A stretch of 64,000 nt of DNA from Phoronis australis (taxonomy: Eukaryota > Animalia > Phoronida). Under the pieces are notes generated by a model, which was not told the DNA's origin, made no database searches, and saw nothing but the letters and a program-made list of their open reading frames with translations. This document shows positions 25,301 to 37,300 of the stretch, piece by piece. Position 1 is the stretch's first letter. Each line of letters opens with the position of its first letter. The translations under genes were made by a program, and so were the position numbers. The stretch covers positions 118,469 to 182,468 of the forward strand of contig NMRA01000057.1 of the NCBI GenBank assembly GCA_002633005.1, given 5' to 3'.

Positions 25301-28300
25301 GCGACCGCGTGGTCATCAACGGAGTTGTCACAACTGCCACAAACGCAACACCAAGCCATTCTTTATTAATCATACCATAAACCACGAGAAAACGAGCAGC
25401 AATATCTTACAACTTTTCACTCTAAACACGAAGGAGAATGACTAATGCTGTGATTGGTTGAGTCCCAGTTCTACGCAGTTGGTATCGACCAATCAATGCT
25501 CCCAACTAGAGATCAGATAATTAACATATCTTCAGTTTGATAGGTGTCCACTTTCTTTACTCGAGGTCGTGGGTTCGAGTCCCACTGGGCCAAACTGCTA
25601 AACCCTTGAGTCAGGTTTCTAGCTCCTCAGATCGGTTTTAACTATACATTAATCAAGCATAAAAATGGTTCCAGGAGATCAGTGCAATGGGCCCACATGC
25701 GCGATCTGCGAACGTCTGGTACAACGTGTATCAGACCGCCTTCAATTATTTTATTTTTTTCTAATTAACAGCTGGTCGACTGGTGGCTTTTTGTGTTTTT
25801 GGTATGGAATTGGTGATTTTAAGCACTTTAAGTACTGATGCAAGATAATGGTAGATGGACAAAAACAGTGTATACCTAATGTTGAGGGTTCAGTTGTTTA
25901 CATTCTAGAGATACGACTTGATTGTGATTATTAAAAGTTAAGTTACCTGATCGGTTTGTAAGGTAAATAGTACCGGTAGCGATGTCTTGGACGTGTTCAC
26001 GTAGACAGAAAAGGATAGGACGTCCGAGAGAACCGACGATTCTCTTGCGGTTTGGTTAATACTTTGATTACCCTTCATCACCAAGACGCTGACGAACCAA
26101 ACCTCATCTGCAACGTAATACTATACTTTAAATGTAAAAAGGGAGCAATGTGTGCTTGAACGAAACTTGTAGCAATCCTTTTATTTAAACCCTAACTTCA
26201 AAGGAATTTTGTTATTTTAGATGTATTGGGCTAACCAGGTAATCCTAGCAAAGCCTTAGCAAAATAAGAGTTTAATCACGCAAATGTAGGCCCGTCAAAT
26301 GATAGGTGAAGCTGTCTTTTCGCGCCCTATTGCGCCACCGCGAGATCTTTGCACAAACAACACAAGGTCGATAACAGTTGTATTGAATAGGGGTCTGAAT
26401 AGAACAACCTTGCGTACGGTGTTATTCGCAGTTGTTTGAATTAAAAGGTATTCTCACGGTGACGTAGACAAAAACAAATGTAACACTTCGTTACATTTGA
26501 CAATTTATGGATCTAGTGGGCTCAGAGCGATGCTCTTAATATAGGATCCAAATTTACAAGTATTACCGTTCAAGAAAGGCTTTAAGAGAACAGATGGCAC
26601 TTTTAACTGAAACCACATTTTCCTTATTAGCCGGTTAATAATAAAAGGCAAAAAGGTGAAAATCGTTTATAGCACCATTCTAAGATAATAAAAAATTAAA
26701 CAAGAACTTCAGTGCGAGTAACTAGCATGAAACGTATGAAACTCATTTACGTTTACTACTTGCACGAATTTGCCACAAAAACGAGTTGTTGCGTCCTAAC
26801 TACAAATAGTTCTGCATGTTTGGAACATGCTCCCGTTCATGTTTGAATTGTTGAAATTGATGCAAAAACGAAGCTTTGTATCCTAAACAAAGCAACAATC
26901 CTATTTCAGCGCCACCAAAGTGTCCAAGTAGTGAATGTACGGTTCTAATGATGCTGCGAACAAGCACGTCCAAAAAACCAAGAGCATAGGGGGTTTAAGA
27001 TTGCCCGAGTATTACAGCCACACAGTTTTCAGGGGTTACTATTGATATAAAATATTGATTGTTTTAAGTCGAAAGCATTTTTTAATCACTTCAAACCGTT
27101 TTAAAGAAACTTTGGGAAGTGAATAGTCCACTTTAACGCGTAACGGGAGGTTAAAATCAAACGTAACCTCTGTCTTTCAAGTTAATTTTATCCCGGCATG
27201 GTCCCTGGGAACCACGTTATCGTAACATTAAACCTTCACTCTAACCCACTGTCAACTAGCAAAAGAGGTTATAGAGTCAAATAATACGCCCTGGCACACG
27301 GAAATCCTTGTGTATCGACTTAACTGGTTCGCATGCGTAATTGACGTATCGCAAGCTCCGTCCCTCTGTAAAAAGTCACCGACAACGTGTAGACTAGTGT
27401 GGTTTGTAGGGTAAAATGGCGGCTTGGAAACGCAAACGAAGGTATGTCAAGAATGTTGCGTTCTGACTGGTCAGTTAAGCCGTCAGTAAAAATCCTGGCG
27501 ATAGGTTGACCCTATAGCTTATTAGGTTGACCTATCGCAGGCTATGCCTCCTTGTTGGTGCTGGATGGCTTGAAGAGTTACAACGCGTTGTGCAGTTGTT
27601 GTCTTTATTGGTCAAAAAACAAGCGTACTTCTTGGTGAAATGCGTCGAGTCAATTTGACAGTAGCTGCTACCGCTGCGAGTCCCTATGGGAAGAAAGAGG
27701 TTATCCGAACGAAATTTTGAAATTTCCAAACAATTGGAATGTATTTTTACGTCACATTTGTTCTTTTAGTGACTGAAAAATTACAATCCACTATATTGTA
27801 TAGAGTTACTTCTACGTGTCACTTGGTGTGAGTGCCATAGTTGACCCAACGGAATAAGATACAAACCGGAAGTATTGAAGATGTCCGTAGTGTTTACAGT
27901 TATCGTCTGTAATGACATGTCAGATGTAGTTCCACTCAAGTCAATGCTGGTGACATTTTCGCTTTGATACATTTTGACGGTCATCACTGAAACGATTCAC
28001 AATCGATATATTACAGCAACCGAACAACCTGATCTCGGTCCAAAATTCGATGCATACTTTTCTGTTTATGTCATTGCCTTAAATTGGACCGATTGAAGGT
28101 ACTACTATTGTACCAAGTTCAAGTCAGTTATTGAAATATTCTTGAGCTTTTGGAGCCCACAAAGACAGACACAACCAACGTAAAATAACTTCCATGATAC
28201 AGACTTCAATTTGGCGTCAAGTTTCGAAAATATTCCTAAGAATTTCAAGGATTCCAAACACGACCATTGAATCAACTGTGCAGAGTATCGAATCACCATC

Positions 28301-31300
28301 ACGAATCATCGAATCGTATAACAAGGTACAATCCATATTTTTATTATGACTATACCAGAAACAAGATGCTCGTGTGGATTATTCAATCATTTATGTACGT
28401 TCTCATGACGTTGAGGGTTTCACGTAGGGTTTAGTGTTTGTGCGACTGATTTAATAGTGCTCGAGATGATCCAATGCTCGAGCATATGATCATCTAGTAC
28501 ACACTTTTAAGTTAAAACTCACCCATGTTACCAGATGAGACGGATAAAAATGACTGGTTCGAACGAGAGCCAAGTAACATGCCTATTTCGTTAACACTGT
28601 CGACTATTTCATGCTTATTGGCTGCCTGAAAGTAACAAGAATTAATAACTTAGAGATCCCGTGAGAAACACGCACATCGACGGGGTTTTTTTGTTCAATT
28701 CTGTCTTGTTTATCCCATGGATTAGTAATTGTTAATCAAATTGGCGAGAGGTGCCTAAAATTGATTTTAAAACGACAAAATCACACGTACCGATTCAAAA
28801 GATCCAGAGACGAACTTGTTTCCAATACTGACGACCTTCTGTAATTGAAAATAAATTTGATTAAAAATAAAAATGTATTTCCTGTTGTATAGCTTCATAG
28901 ACAGTGACTCGTGTTTGCTGTAAAAATCCAGTCGTGTTTTTCAAGGTACCTAAACTACACGGTTAACGGTCTCATAAACACGGCCACGGACGCATGAACA
29001 CGGCTCACGTATCTGCAAACACCGTTCACTGACTCACAAACACGGGAACGGACTCCAAAAACACGATCCATTCACTCAAATACACGGGACACGGACTCAC
29101 ATTCACGAAGAAAGACAGTTAAAGGACCGCCAAACACGGTTTACGGACAAAATGTAGATGTCAGCTGACCCAGGTAGCTGATGAGTCCGTAACCCGTGTT
29201 TGGCGGTGCGTTAACCGTGTTTCTTCGTGAATGTGAGTCCGTGTCCCGTGTATTTGAGTCAATGGATCGTGTTTTGAGAGTCCGTTCCCGTGTTTGTGAG
29301 TCAGTGAACGGTGTTTGCAAGTGCTTGAGTCGTGTTCATGCGTCCGTGACCGTGTTTATGAGTCCGTTCACCGTGTAGTTTAGGTACCTTGTTTTTCATC
29401 AAGTTTGCGTTAACGAAGTGCTGTTATCGAATTATACTAACTGGAAATATTAAATTTCAGACATACATATGCTATACAAACTGTTGTGACCTGATAATTG
29501 ATGAAGTGGAAATAAACTAATAATGAATGTGGGTTTCACTTAAGATAAATCGGAATGATACTGGACCAATGGCAATTAAAACAGTGTGGAGGACCTATCG
29601 GTTTCATTAGCAAAATATTACCTTCACAGATCTGAGGACAAAATGATCAGGAAACCGAAACATGTTGGCATATCATCTCATGTTCAATCGCGAAAACCTC
29701 ACTGAAAGTTTGAGCTTGAGCAGGAATAATAATAATAACCCGACGTCCATTTCGAAAGCACACATACATGTACATAGTTTACATTTTGTATTTGTTTCGA
29801 CTATTTCGGAGCGTATCGAATAGCTAATTGTGCAATACCATATCTCATTTACTTGACTTACTTTGGCTATGTTAGAAGCTGAATCGTTAAGAGTTATTCG
29901 CCTGAGCTCCTGGTTCAACTTCTTGAAGAACTGTTTGGCCAACGCCACTTCCTCGTCGTCTGGTTCTAAACTGGAGTTCCAATAGATAGAACTCAAAGAA
30001 TTCAGCGAGCCGACTGGGTCTCTGTTCGCATTAGCCTGCGAATGAAGGTAATACGTCAGCCTGAAAACAATTCTTAATTTCTCTACAGTTGCGTGGTCAG
30101 CACGGCAGTGTTAATACTGGAAATATGTTAAATATACTATAAACTCACCTTCCATCAGAAAAGTTTTGTTTTAGATTATCGGTACTCCTTGACTTGATTG
30201 TCTTCGAGAAGTGGTTGGGTTTGAACAGTTACAGAACAGTTACACGCCAACGACATTATTGAAGTCATATGCACTTAACTATGATAATATTTCATTAAGT
30301 GCAAATCATTAGCTGGGGATTAGAAATCCAAAGCTTGATTTTTGTAATTAGTGCAAACGATTTGCCTCTTTGTGACTCGACATCTCTCTAGGGAAATCTA
30401 TACATATAATTCACAGGACTTCGTCTACGGCGCTGCTGTCGTTTTTTAAATGCAATGTGGGTCGATTGTCCGCTTATAAACATGTCGTGACATCGCAAAT
30501 ACTACTTGTGAATGAGTAACCTGGCGTTTTAGGCGGTGAAATGTTGTGTTCGGATGGCGCGTGGCTAGAGATTATTACGCGCAAATGATTTTGTAATCTG
30601 CGTTTTTATTTGATGCATTTTGAGGCTTGCTTTCTATCTTTTATTTTTCTGTTATATCGCTGCTTTGTCGTCATCGCACCAATAGCATGTTGTAGTGTAC
30701 TCAAGTGGCATGTGTTGTTATCCGCCATAGAGATTGCACATCACCAAGTTACCTATGGCGTCACAGAATGTTTACAAACCGACAACCGTCCTATATTGCA
30801 TATGAAAAACGACAGCAGCACAGAAGACGAAATTCCCGGAATTGACTCTGGTAAATTAAATTTGCTGTTACAAATGTTTCTTTTGCTGTTTTTTTTATAT
30901 TCGTGCTGTTGCTGTTGTTATTAACGTTGTTTTGCCTGTTGCGGATGTAGTATCTGTAGTTGTTGTTGCTGTCATTGGACTTAGTTTTTGTTGTTGTTGT
31001 TATTGTTAATGTTGTTTAAGATTATCTCCAACCTTGTTTAGTGGCCTCCATTCTAACTCGTATATCAAAAAACTAAGCTTTGTCAACTAGTAAAAGTATA
31101 TATTTTCTGAAAGAACAAAGACCAGGAAATATAAATATACTTTTTGTGTTCATGTTCCATTATTATTTTTACGTAAAAACCTTTTTAAGTCAAAATTCCA
31201 TTTTTAAGAGATGTACATTCATAGCAAAATAATCCTTCGGTCGATTTAAATTAAACTTTTTTTAAATGAAAACTGCACCAGTTACCTCAAAAGCGCTGTT

Positions 31301-34300
31301 AAGAATTTTCGATTAGTTTGTTTGTTTGGTTTCTATGACAAATCAACTAGCAAAACGTAAGGTATTTCTGTAAAAAAACTGAAGTCGTATTCGTCTTTGT
31401 CACATTACGCACAAATTAAGCTTTTATATCAAAAATCCTTACAACATTTTTGAGATTGATGACTAAATATTGATTTTGGAAAGTTTCAGCGAAATCCATG
31501 TAGCCGTTTTTGAGAACTTTGTTTAGTGTTCCTAAGTTCAAATAAAGTCGATTTGCCGAAGCCGAGTGGAAATCTCAAAGTCTTCGGTTAATTATTCGGT
31601 GAAAACTTGTTTTCGGTACACATAACCTATACAATCCTTAACTATGATAGCTATTTCAACGTTCACTTGCAACGTCAACTGATTTTTTGCAGTGCGTAAC
31701 TAACTTAATTATCATTAAAACCTCAAATAGTTCAAATATCGTTCCCAGCCAACTTTTACTGTTGTTTACTACCTACTTTCTAAGTAGGTCACAGTTCATA
31801 GCCTGTACACGTCACATGCTGGGAGACTGATACGAAACCAAGTAAGAAATGGATCACAAAAATCGAATCGGTGGTTAAAGCATGTCGTTAGCATGAGATC
31901 GAAACATCAAAATGTCAACATATTAACTAAATTAAGGAATTAGGTTAAGAATTTATCTTTTTTCACAAATTTCTGTGTTCATGACCACAGAGGCCTAAGG
32001 CGACTCGTAGCATTCGTTTTCAACGCCAACGGTCGTATGCATGTAGACGCACAACTCCCTCAGGATAAAAACTACGTAGTTTTGTCTTTGTTTTCCCCGG
32101 CGCCAATCCACCTCGTTGGTTCAGTGTTATGGCGACTTTTTGAATGAAAGGACTGAGGGTATACGAAGCTGTTCTGTACCTGGCGGGAGATTCGATTTAA
32201 TTGAAAGCGCTTTAACCTTTGACCTTGGATAAGTAGTAAACAAATATCCACGCGGTTGTGCGGTTCCAAGGTGGTTCTGCTAATTTTTTTCTGGCTACGC
32301 GTATATATTTTGTATTTGAAGTTCCCCGAGAAAGAAGATAAAGTATTTTGCGAGACACAAGTGAAATATTGTAAAAATGGCATTTTTTTTAATAAGGTTG
32401 GAGATATCCTTAAGTTGCTGTTATCCCTGTTAGTGAGGGCTGACGTGGTAAATGCTGATGTTGTCAGTTGACTTTGCTATCACTACAGTGTGTTGTATAC
32501 GCTAGGCACGATGTTTTGTGGAACTAAATATTCATAACGGGCAAATTTCATCGCAGTATGCAGGAGTGGCATTTTTCTAATTGTGCAACAGACGGTAATT
32601 ATCGATTAAGGTTTGAACTAACAGGTTTAAGAAGCGGTGCTCTCAATCATGTTATATATTACAAGACGTGTCGATATGGAGCACAAATGAAACGATTACC
32701 AAACCGTGTTTTGGTACTTTCACCTACATATAAACTAGATAGTGACTGGAGTTCGGGTGGATGGTTATTTCTCACGGCCGTCGATCAACTGGTCCTAAGC
32801 GTTGGTCACGTTTGATGATTTTGCAAATTTTGTTCCGAAATACTGAATGATGATGAGATCAAAGAGTAGAGTATAGGTCTGACTCAAAAATTAATGTTTA
32901 AATTGACGTGGTCGTATTTTAGAGTTTGATAATAAGCTAACACAGGATTTTGTACTCTTTCACGTACATATGCGTCTGTAAACTAAATCTCTACATTTTA
33001 ATTCCGGGAGTAGTTAGTCTGAGTTTCTACACGTTTCTGTGTTACCCACAACACCATTCGTACCAAAAGCCCCTTCAACTTGTTCTTTTTTTGTTTCTTT
33101 TGTTGTCCGTCAGGGGTAGGTGATGTCTGGGTGTGGCTTGATGATTTCCCAGATGAATCAGCGTATGTTGTTCCTGGATAGATTTGTGGGGACGTGAAAA
33201 CGGAAGTCGCTGCAATAAAAACAGTGCAAGTTTCATCAGGCGTGCTCAGTCAGGTCTTTTGTATCAAATACCTAAGCTGCAATAAATAGCTTAACACAGA
33301 ATTTATCAAGGGTAAACCTTGAGCTTCCGCGTACACTTGTTCATTCAAATTAATTTGTGTGAACCTAATAATGTAAAGACTGGCATAAAAATATGGTACA
33401 CTTAGTATAAGCTCAACGAATAAATTTACACGTTTCCGTGTTTTATCATAGATACAATGCTGTGCTCTGCATCGTGAAATGTCGCTAGTCGAAACAGCTT
33501 AATAGACGCCAAAAACGACAATCATTTTGGCCTTGATGTCTGCCGTCACATTTTCAATACTTTCAACGACTTACACTCATTCTGACAAATGAAGCCACGC
33601 CTAGTTACGTTGCAGTCAGAGCCTAGTGTTTCGTTCGACTTCAGTAGATAGTAACATCTCTGGCCATTCGAGCTATCAACAGGACGCGGGAAGTATCTAG
33701 CGATTGGTTTAGTTCCCGTGTCCACCCACTGAGCTTCGGCGCCTTCATCTTTAAACAAGAAGAACAGTCTCGTTCAATAGAGGGAAACAAAAACAAAATT
33801 CATCTCGATCACTAGACATATTCATTTAGCTCAAGCGAAACCAATAAGCGTGAATAGAGTTCAGCTCTCCTCTGTGGCATTCTGAAGTACAAAACCTATT
33901 GTATGACTGGCTTAACGTCTTTCAGTCAAGACGAACTAGAAATGGGCAAATTATCGCAACCCACCTGCACGTAGCTCGGTTAACTCGCAGTGGAACAGTA
34001 AATTTCTACTGGCATTAGAATGAAAAAGGTTAAAATAAAAACTGGTTTACGAGCAGAGCTCAACAATGCACAAGAACCCTGCTTACGCGCTGCTTTGTCA
34101 TAGTTGCCAAAATACGAAAATAAAAATAGGACGTCTGGATCCAGGCCATATCTCAAGGGGCAAATGTCAGCCTGCAACACCCAGAAGCCCCAACGGCGTT
34201 TTATTTTCAAAAAACAAGGTGTTGGCAAGCATGCATTGTTAGTAATATCGATCAATCTGAGATATCGCTGAGGTATTTCTGGTATGACTACGTGTCAGCG

Positions 34301-37300
34301 AAACGACATTTCGATGACCTAAATATTTTACTGCTAATTTGTAACGACAACAATCACCAGAGACTCTGTTTTATGGTGTTGACAGAAAGCACTTCGATTA
34401 TAGCTTACATGTTGTATTTAAACTGTAATGAAGCCATCTGTGAAACTAGCTTTGAGTTTAGGTCACTGCCTCCCTCCCGTTCAGTAACGTTAGGACCTCG
34501 CTAAAAAGCAAGACTTCGCGAGATTACGTGACATATTGCCGTGTATTTTAAATGAGAACACGTGACTTTGGGTAGATTTTAGCTAGGTCCTAGCGTAGGT
34601 TTTTACTGAACGCACGCCCTATCTCAAACTGTTCCTTCCCCAGCTTACTCACATCGTAAGTCGGTCGCGTTATAGCGCGTCTTCTACACAACAGTCAAAT
34701 AGAGTAATTCGTCGATACCTTTTTTAAGGTTGATCCAGAATCCATCACGCGAACGCAGTTTTGGCATTCTAAAGGTGAAGAAACTCATAACCTGCTGACT
34801 TTGAATGCTCAGAAGTTCACCATTGGCTTTCCGGCAAAAGTTTGACGCTGCCATCCACGACATGGAGCGTCCATAGACACCATAATATGTGCCGCCAAAG
34901 AACATCATTTGGTGAGACCCATTTTCAGAGAATGTACTCAATTTTGGCTTGAATTTACCTGAAAAAGAACAATTTTGAAAATTAAATGCATGCCAATGGT
35001 GTGTATGTATACAACGGTTTAAAATTCCAGTTTAGAAATGCATGTAGAACGAACGGGTGGAAAACACTGGAAAACATTGTTACCGGGATGGAAAAGGTCA
35101 CCATCCGGTTCAATAACATCCGGGTACCAAACATAATCATCTCAGTGGCAATTTTACCACCCAGGTGATAATGTTCCATCCGGCTGGAAATGTTTTCGTC
35201 TTACCGTTCGGGTTTAGACTCGCAACTTGACGCCTAGAGATCAACAACTTGAAGGAAACTTGAGGCCTTTTTACAAGCTACACGTAGTTTCAGTTCGACC
35301 TCAGAAGAAACGTGCTAAAATGATTGGAACAGTTACGGAAAAACAGCAGAAATGTCAATTTCTGGACCAGTTTTTCTTTCTCCTGGTGTGTTGGTCACCA
35401 TTTAAGTCATGTTATTCAAATTATAAAGTTAAAAGTTGGTTTTAATAAATAGACTAAAAACAATGTAACTGTTGCTACACTTCCGCAAACAATTTACAGA
35501 TAAACTTCGGGTTTCATTTTCATTAAAATTAAGTTTAACACAAATAACCCTGATGACAAAATACCTAGGTAAAACTTTACGTTTCGGGGATCACAACTGT
35601 CCTCTTGTGGTCGACTGGAGGTCTCAGATCTTACCGCCTTTCCTGTGAAACTGTACTGGAGCGACATTTTCAGTCTCAAATTTGTGCCCCGTATGAAAAT
35701 GTTAAAATTATCGACAGAAAGAACAACTGGTTTGAGTGCGATGTAGAAGAGGCTTTTTGGATCTCGGCTAAAACTCCCTCTTTGAATCACTGTGGTGGAA
35801 CGAGATTCATTCTATCTAAAACCTGGCAGAGGGCATTTCACTCACTACACAACATAGGTCCCGCCAGTACAGTTTCACAGGAAAGCCGGGAAGATCCGAG
35901 ACCGCCTGTCGGCCTGCAGAAGGGGACAGTTATGATCCCGCAACGTAAAGTTTTCACGGGTACGTTCGGCTGGAATATCCATGATTAGTTATATACTGCC
36001 GTGAAATTGGTCTCAAAAAATTCTTAAGTTCAACTGGATGTGATTCGAGGGCTTTGAAACAACTAATAGCTTGCTCCTGCTTCACCACGCGCTCAGCAAG
36101 TCGTCTGTTTTACGCACCGAGCACGGTCTCAAGAAATCACGAATAGTAAGATCTTAACAAGCCCAGAAATCAATTCCCATCTGATTAAGGAACAACTTGA
36201 GATCAATTTGCTAAGTGGTCTTAATTGAAAGAGCCGTTCTTGGTCGGAACGCAAATTCTAAATTCTTCGACAGGTGTTCTGTTTATCTTCTGGGAATTTC
36301 CGCTGATACGTCCATGGCCGGGAAATAACATTTTTCAGGTGCTTCAGTAGCAACTAATTGACGCCCGGCGCCCGATATTTCATTCGGAAAAGGAGCGTGT
36401 AAACGGAAAGTCATAGCCTCGCCTAGCTACACATGTACGGCTATGAAAATGTCAGCATAAATCGCGACATGTATTTTTGTAAGTGAAACAGTTCTTCTGG
36501 GTTGATTGGTAGTCTTGTTCTAAATACGTTGACGCTGAGTGACCTTTTAATAAGAAATTTCCAGAATGAACACCCTGATAGCTTGACAGATGAAACCTGT
36601 TGTAATATTGGGGAAATTCCCGGTACTCTTGCACAGAACATTGTCTCATTCCTCTAGCATTGTAACTTCAACCATAAAACTAGTTCTATGTTCCAACTTC
36701 GCTAAGCGGCAAATCACGCAGTGACGCTAATATGGAGTCGCGTTGAACGTGAGGCGCTTGCCATATGCCGGGAAAACAACGGTCACTCGCCATAACCGTA
36801 GTCGAGAGATGTCACTATTTTCCCGGATTTCAGATGTATTTCAGACACTAAATCAGGCTAAGAACGTGTACGTGTGCCTTTTTAACAATCTCGTTCTCTG
36901 CATGCTAATGACTTACTTGGCTTCAACTGAAACATTCTGAAATCACCAGCCTGTTGCAAAGTACAGCGATAGGTACCCAAATCCTGAGGCTGGAAGTATT
37001 TCAGATATAACGTCGACGAGATGTTGACGCCAGCGTGAACACTCACCACGTCAGACGGGTCTATGGCTGTCCATGACGGCCGTAATATTAATTTTTCCTT
37101 CAAAATATAAATGTTTGTTTTCCGTCAATGCAGATAGAGATATTATCTTTCTTAGGACAAGGTTCGTAAGTGGTAAGATTCGTGCATCTTTTTGACTTAT
37201 GTTGTCGCAGTCGACACATATCGTCGCCCAGGCGACAAAATGTTCACGGCACATGTTGTCACACCGGCACATATTGTCGCCCTCAGGGATCAAGAAGTGG

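Noticed and set aside
25555-25600. tRNA gene
   Set aside because: Only a B-box/T-arm-like segment is present, with no acceptor stem or A-box. It is better explained as a SINE.
26567-26606. Apparent 40-nt exon (CAG|TTAAAAGTG...AACG|GTAATA)
   Set aside because: The flanking exons already join in phase 1, and including 40 nt would shift the frame.
29178-29200. CTGATGAGTCCGT as a hammerhead ribozyme core
   Set aside because: No closing stem II or GAAA follows. It is the junction between the MITE spacer and arm.
32072-32383. 103-aa ORF as an extra receptor exon
   Set aside because: It lies inside the TIR/TTAA-bounded element 31020-32409 and is not needed for the frame.
34647-34652. Strong GTGAGT donor for the first CTLD exon
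   Set aside because: An in-frame TAG at 34684-34686 precedes it. The weaker donor after 34719 gives the correct phase.
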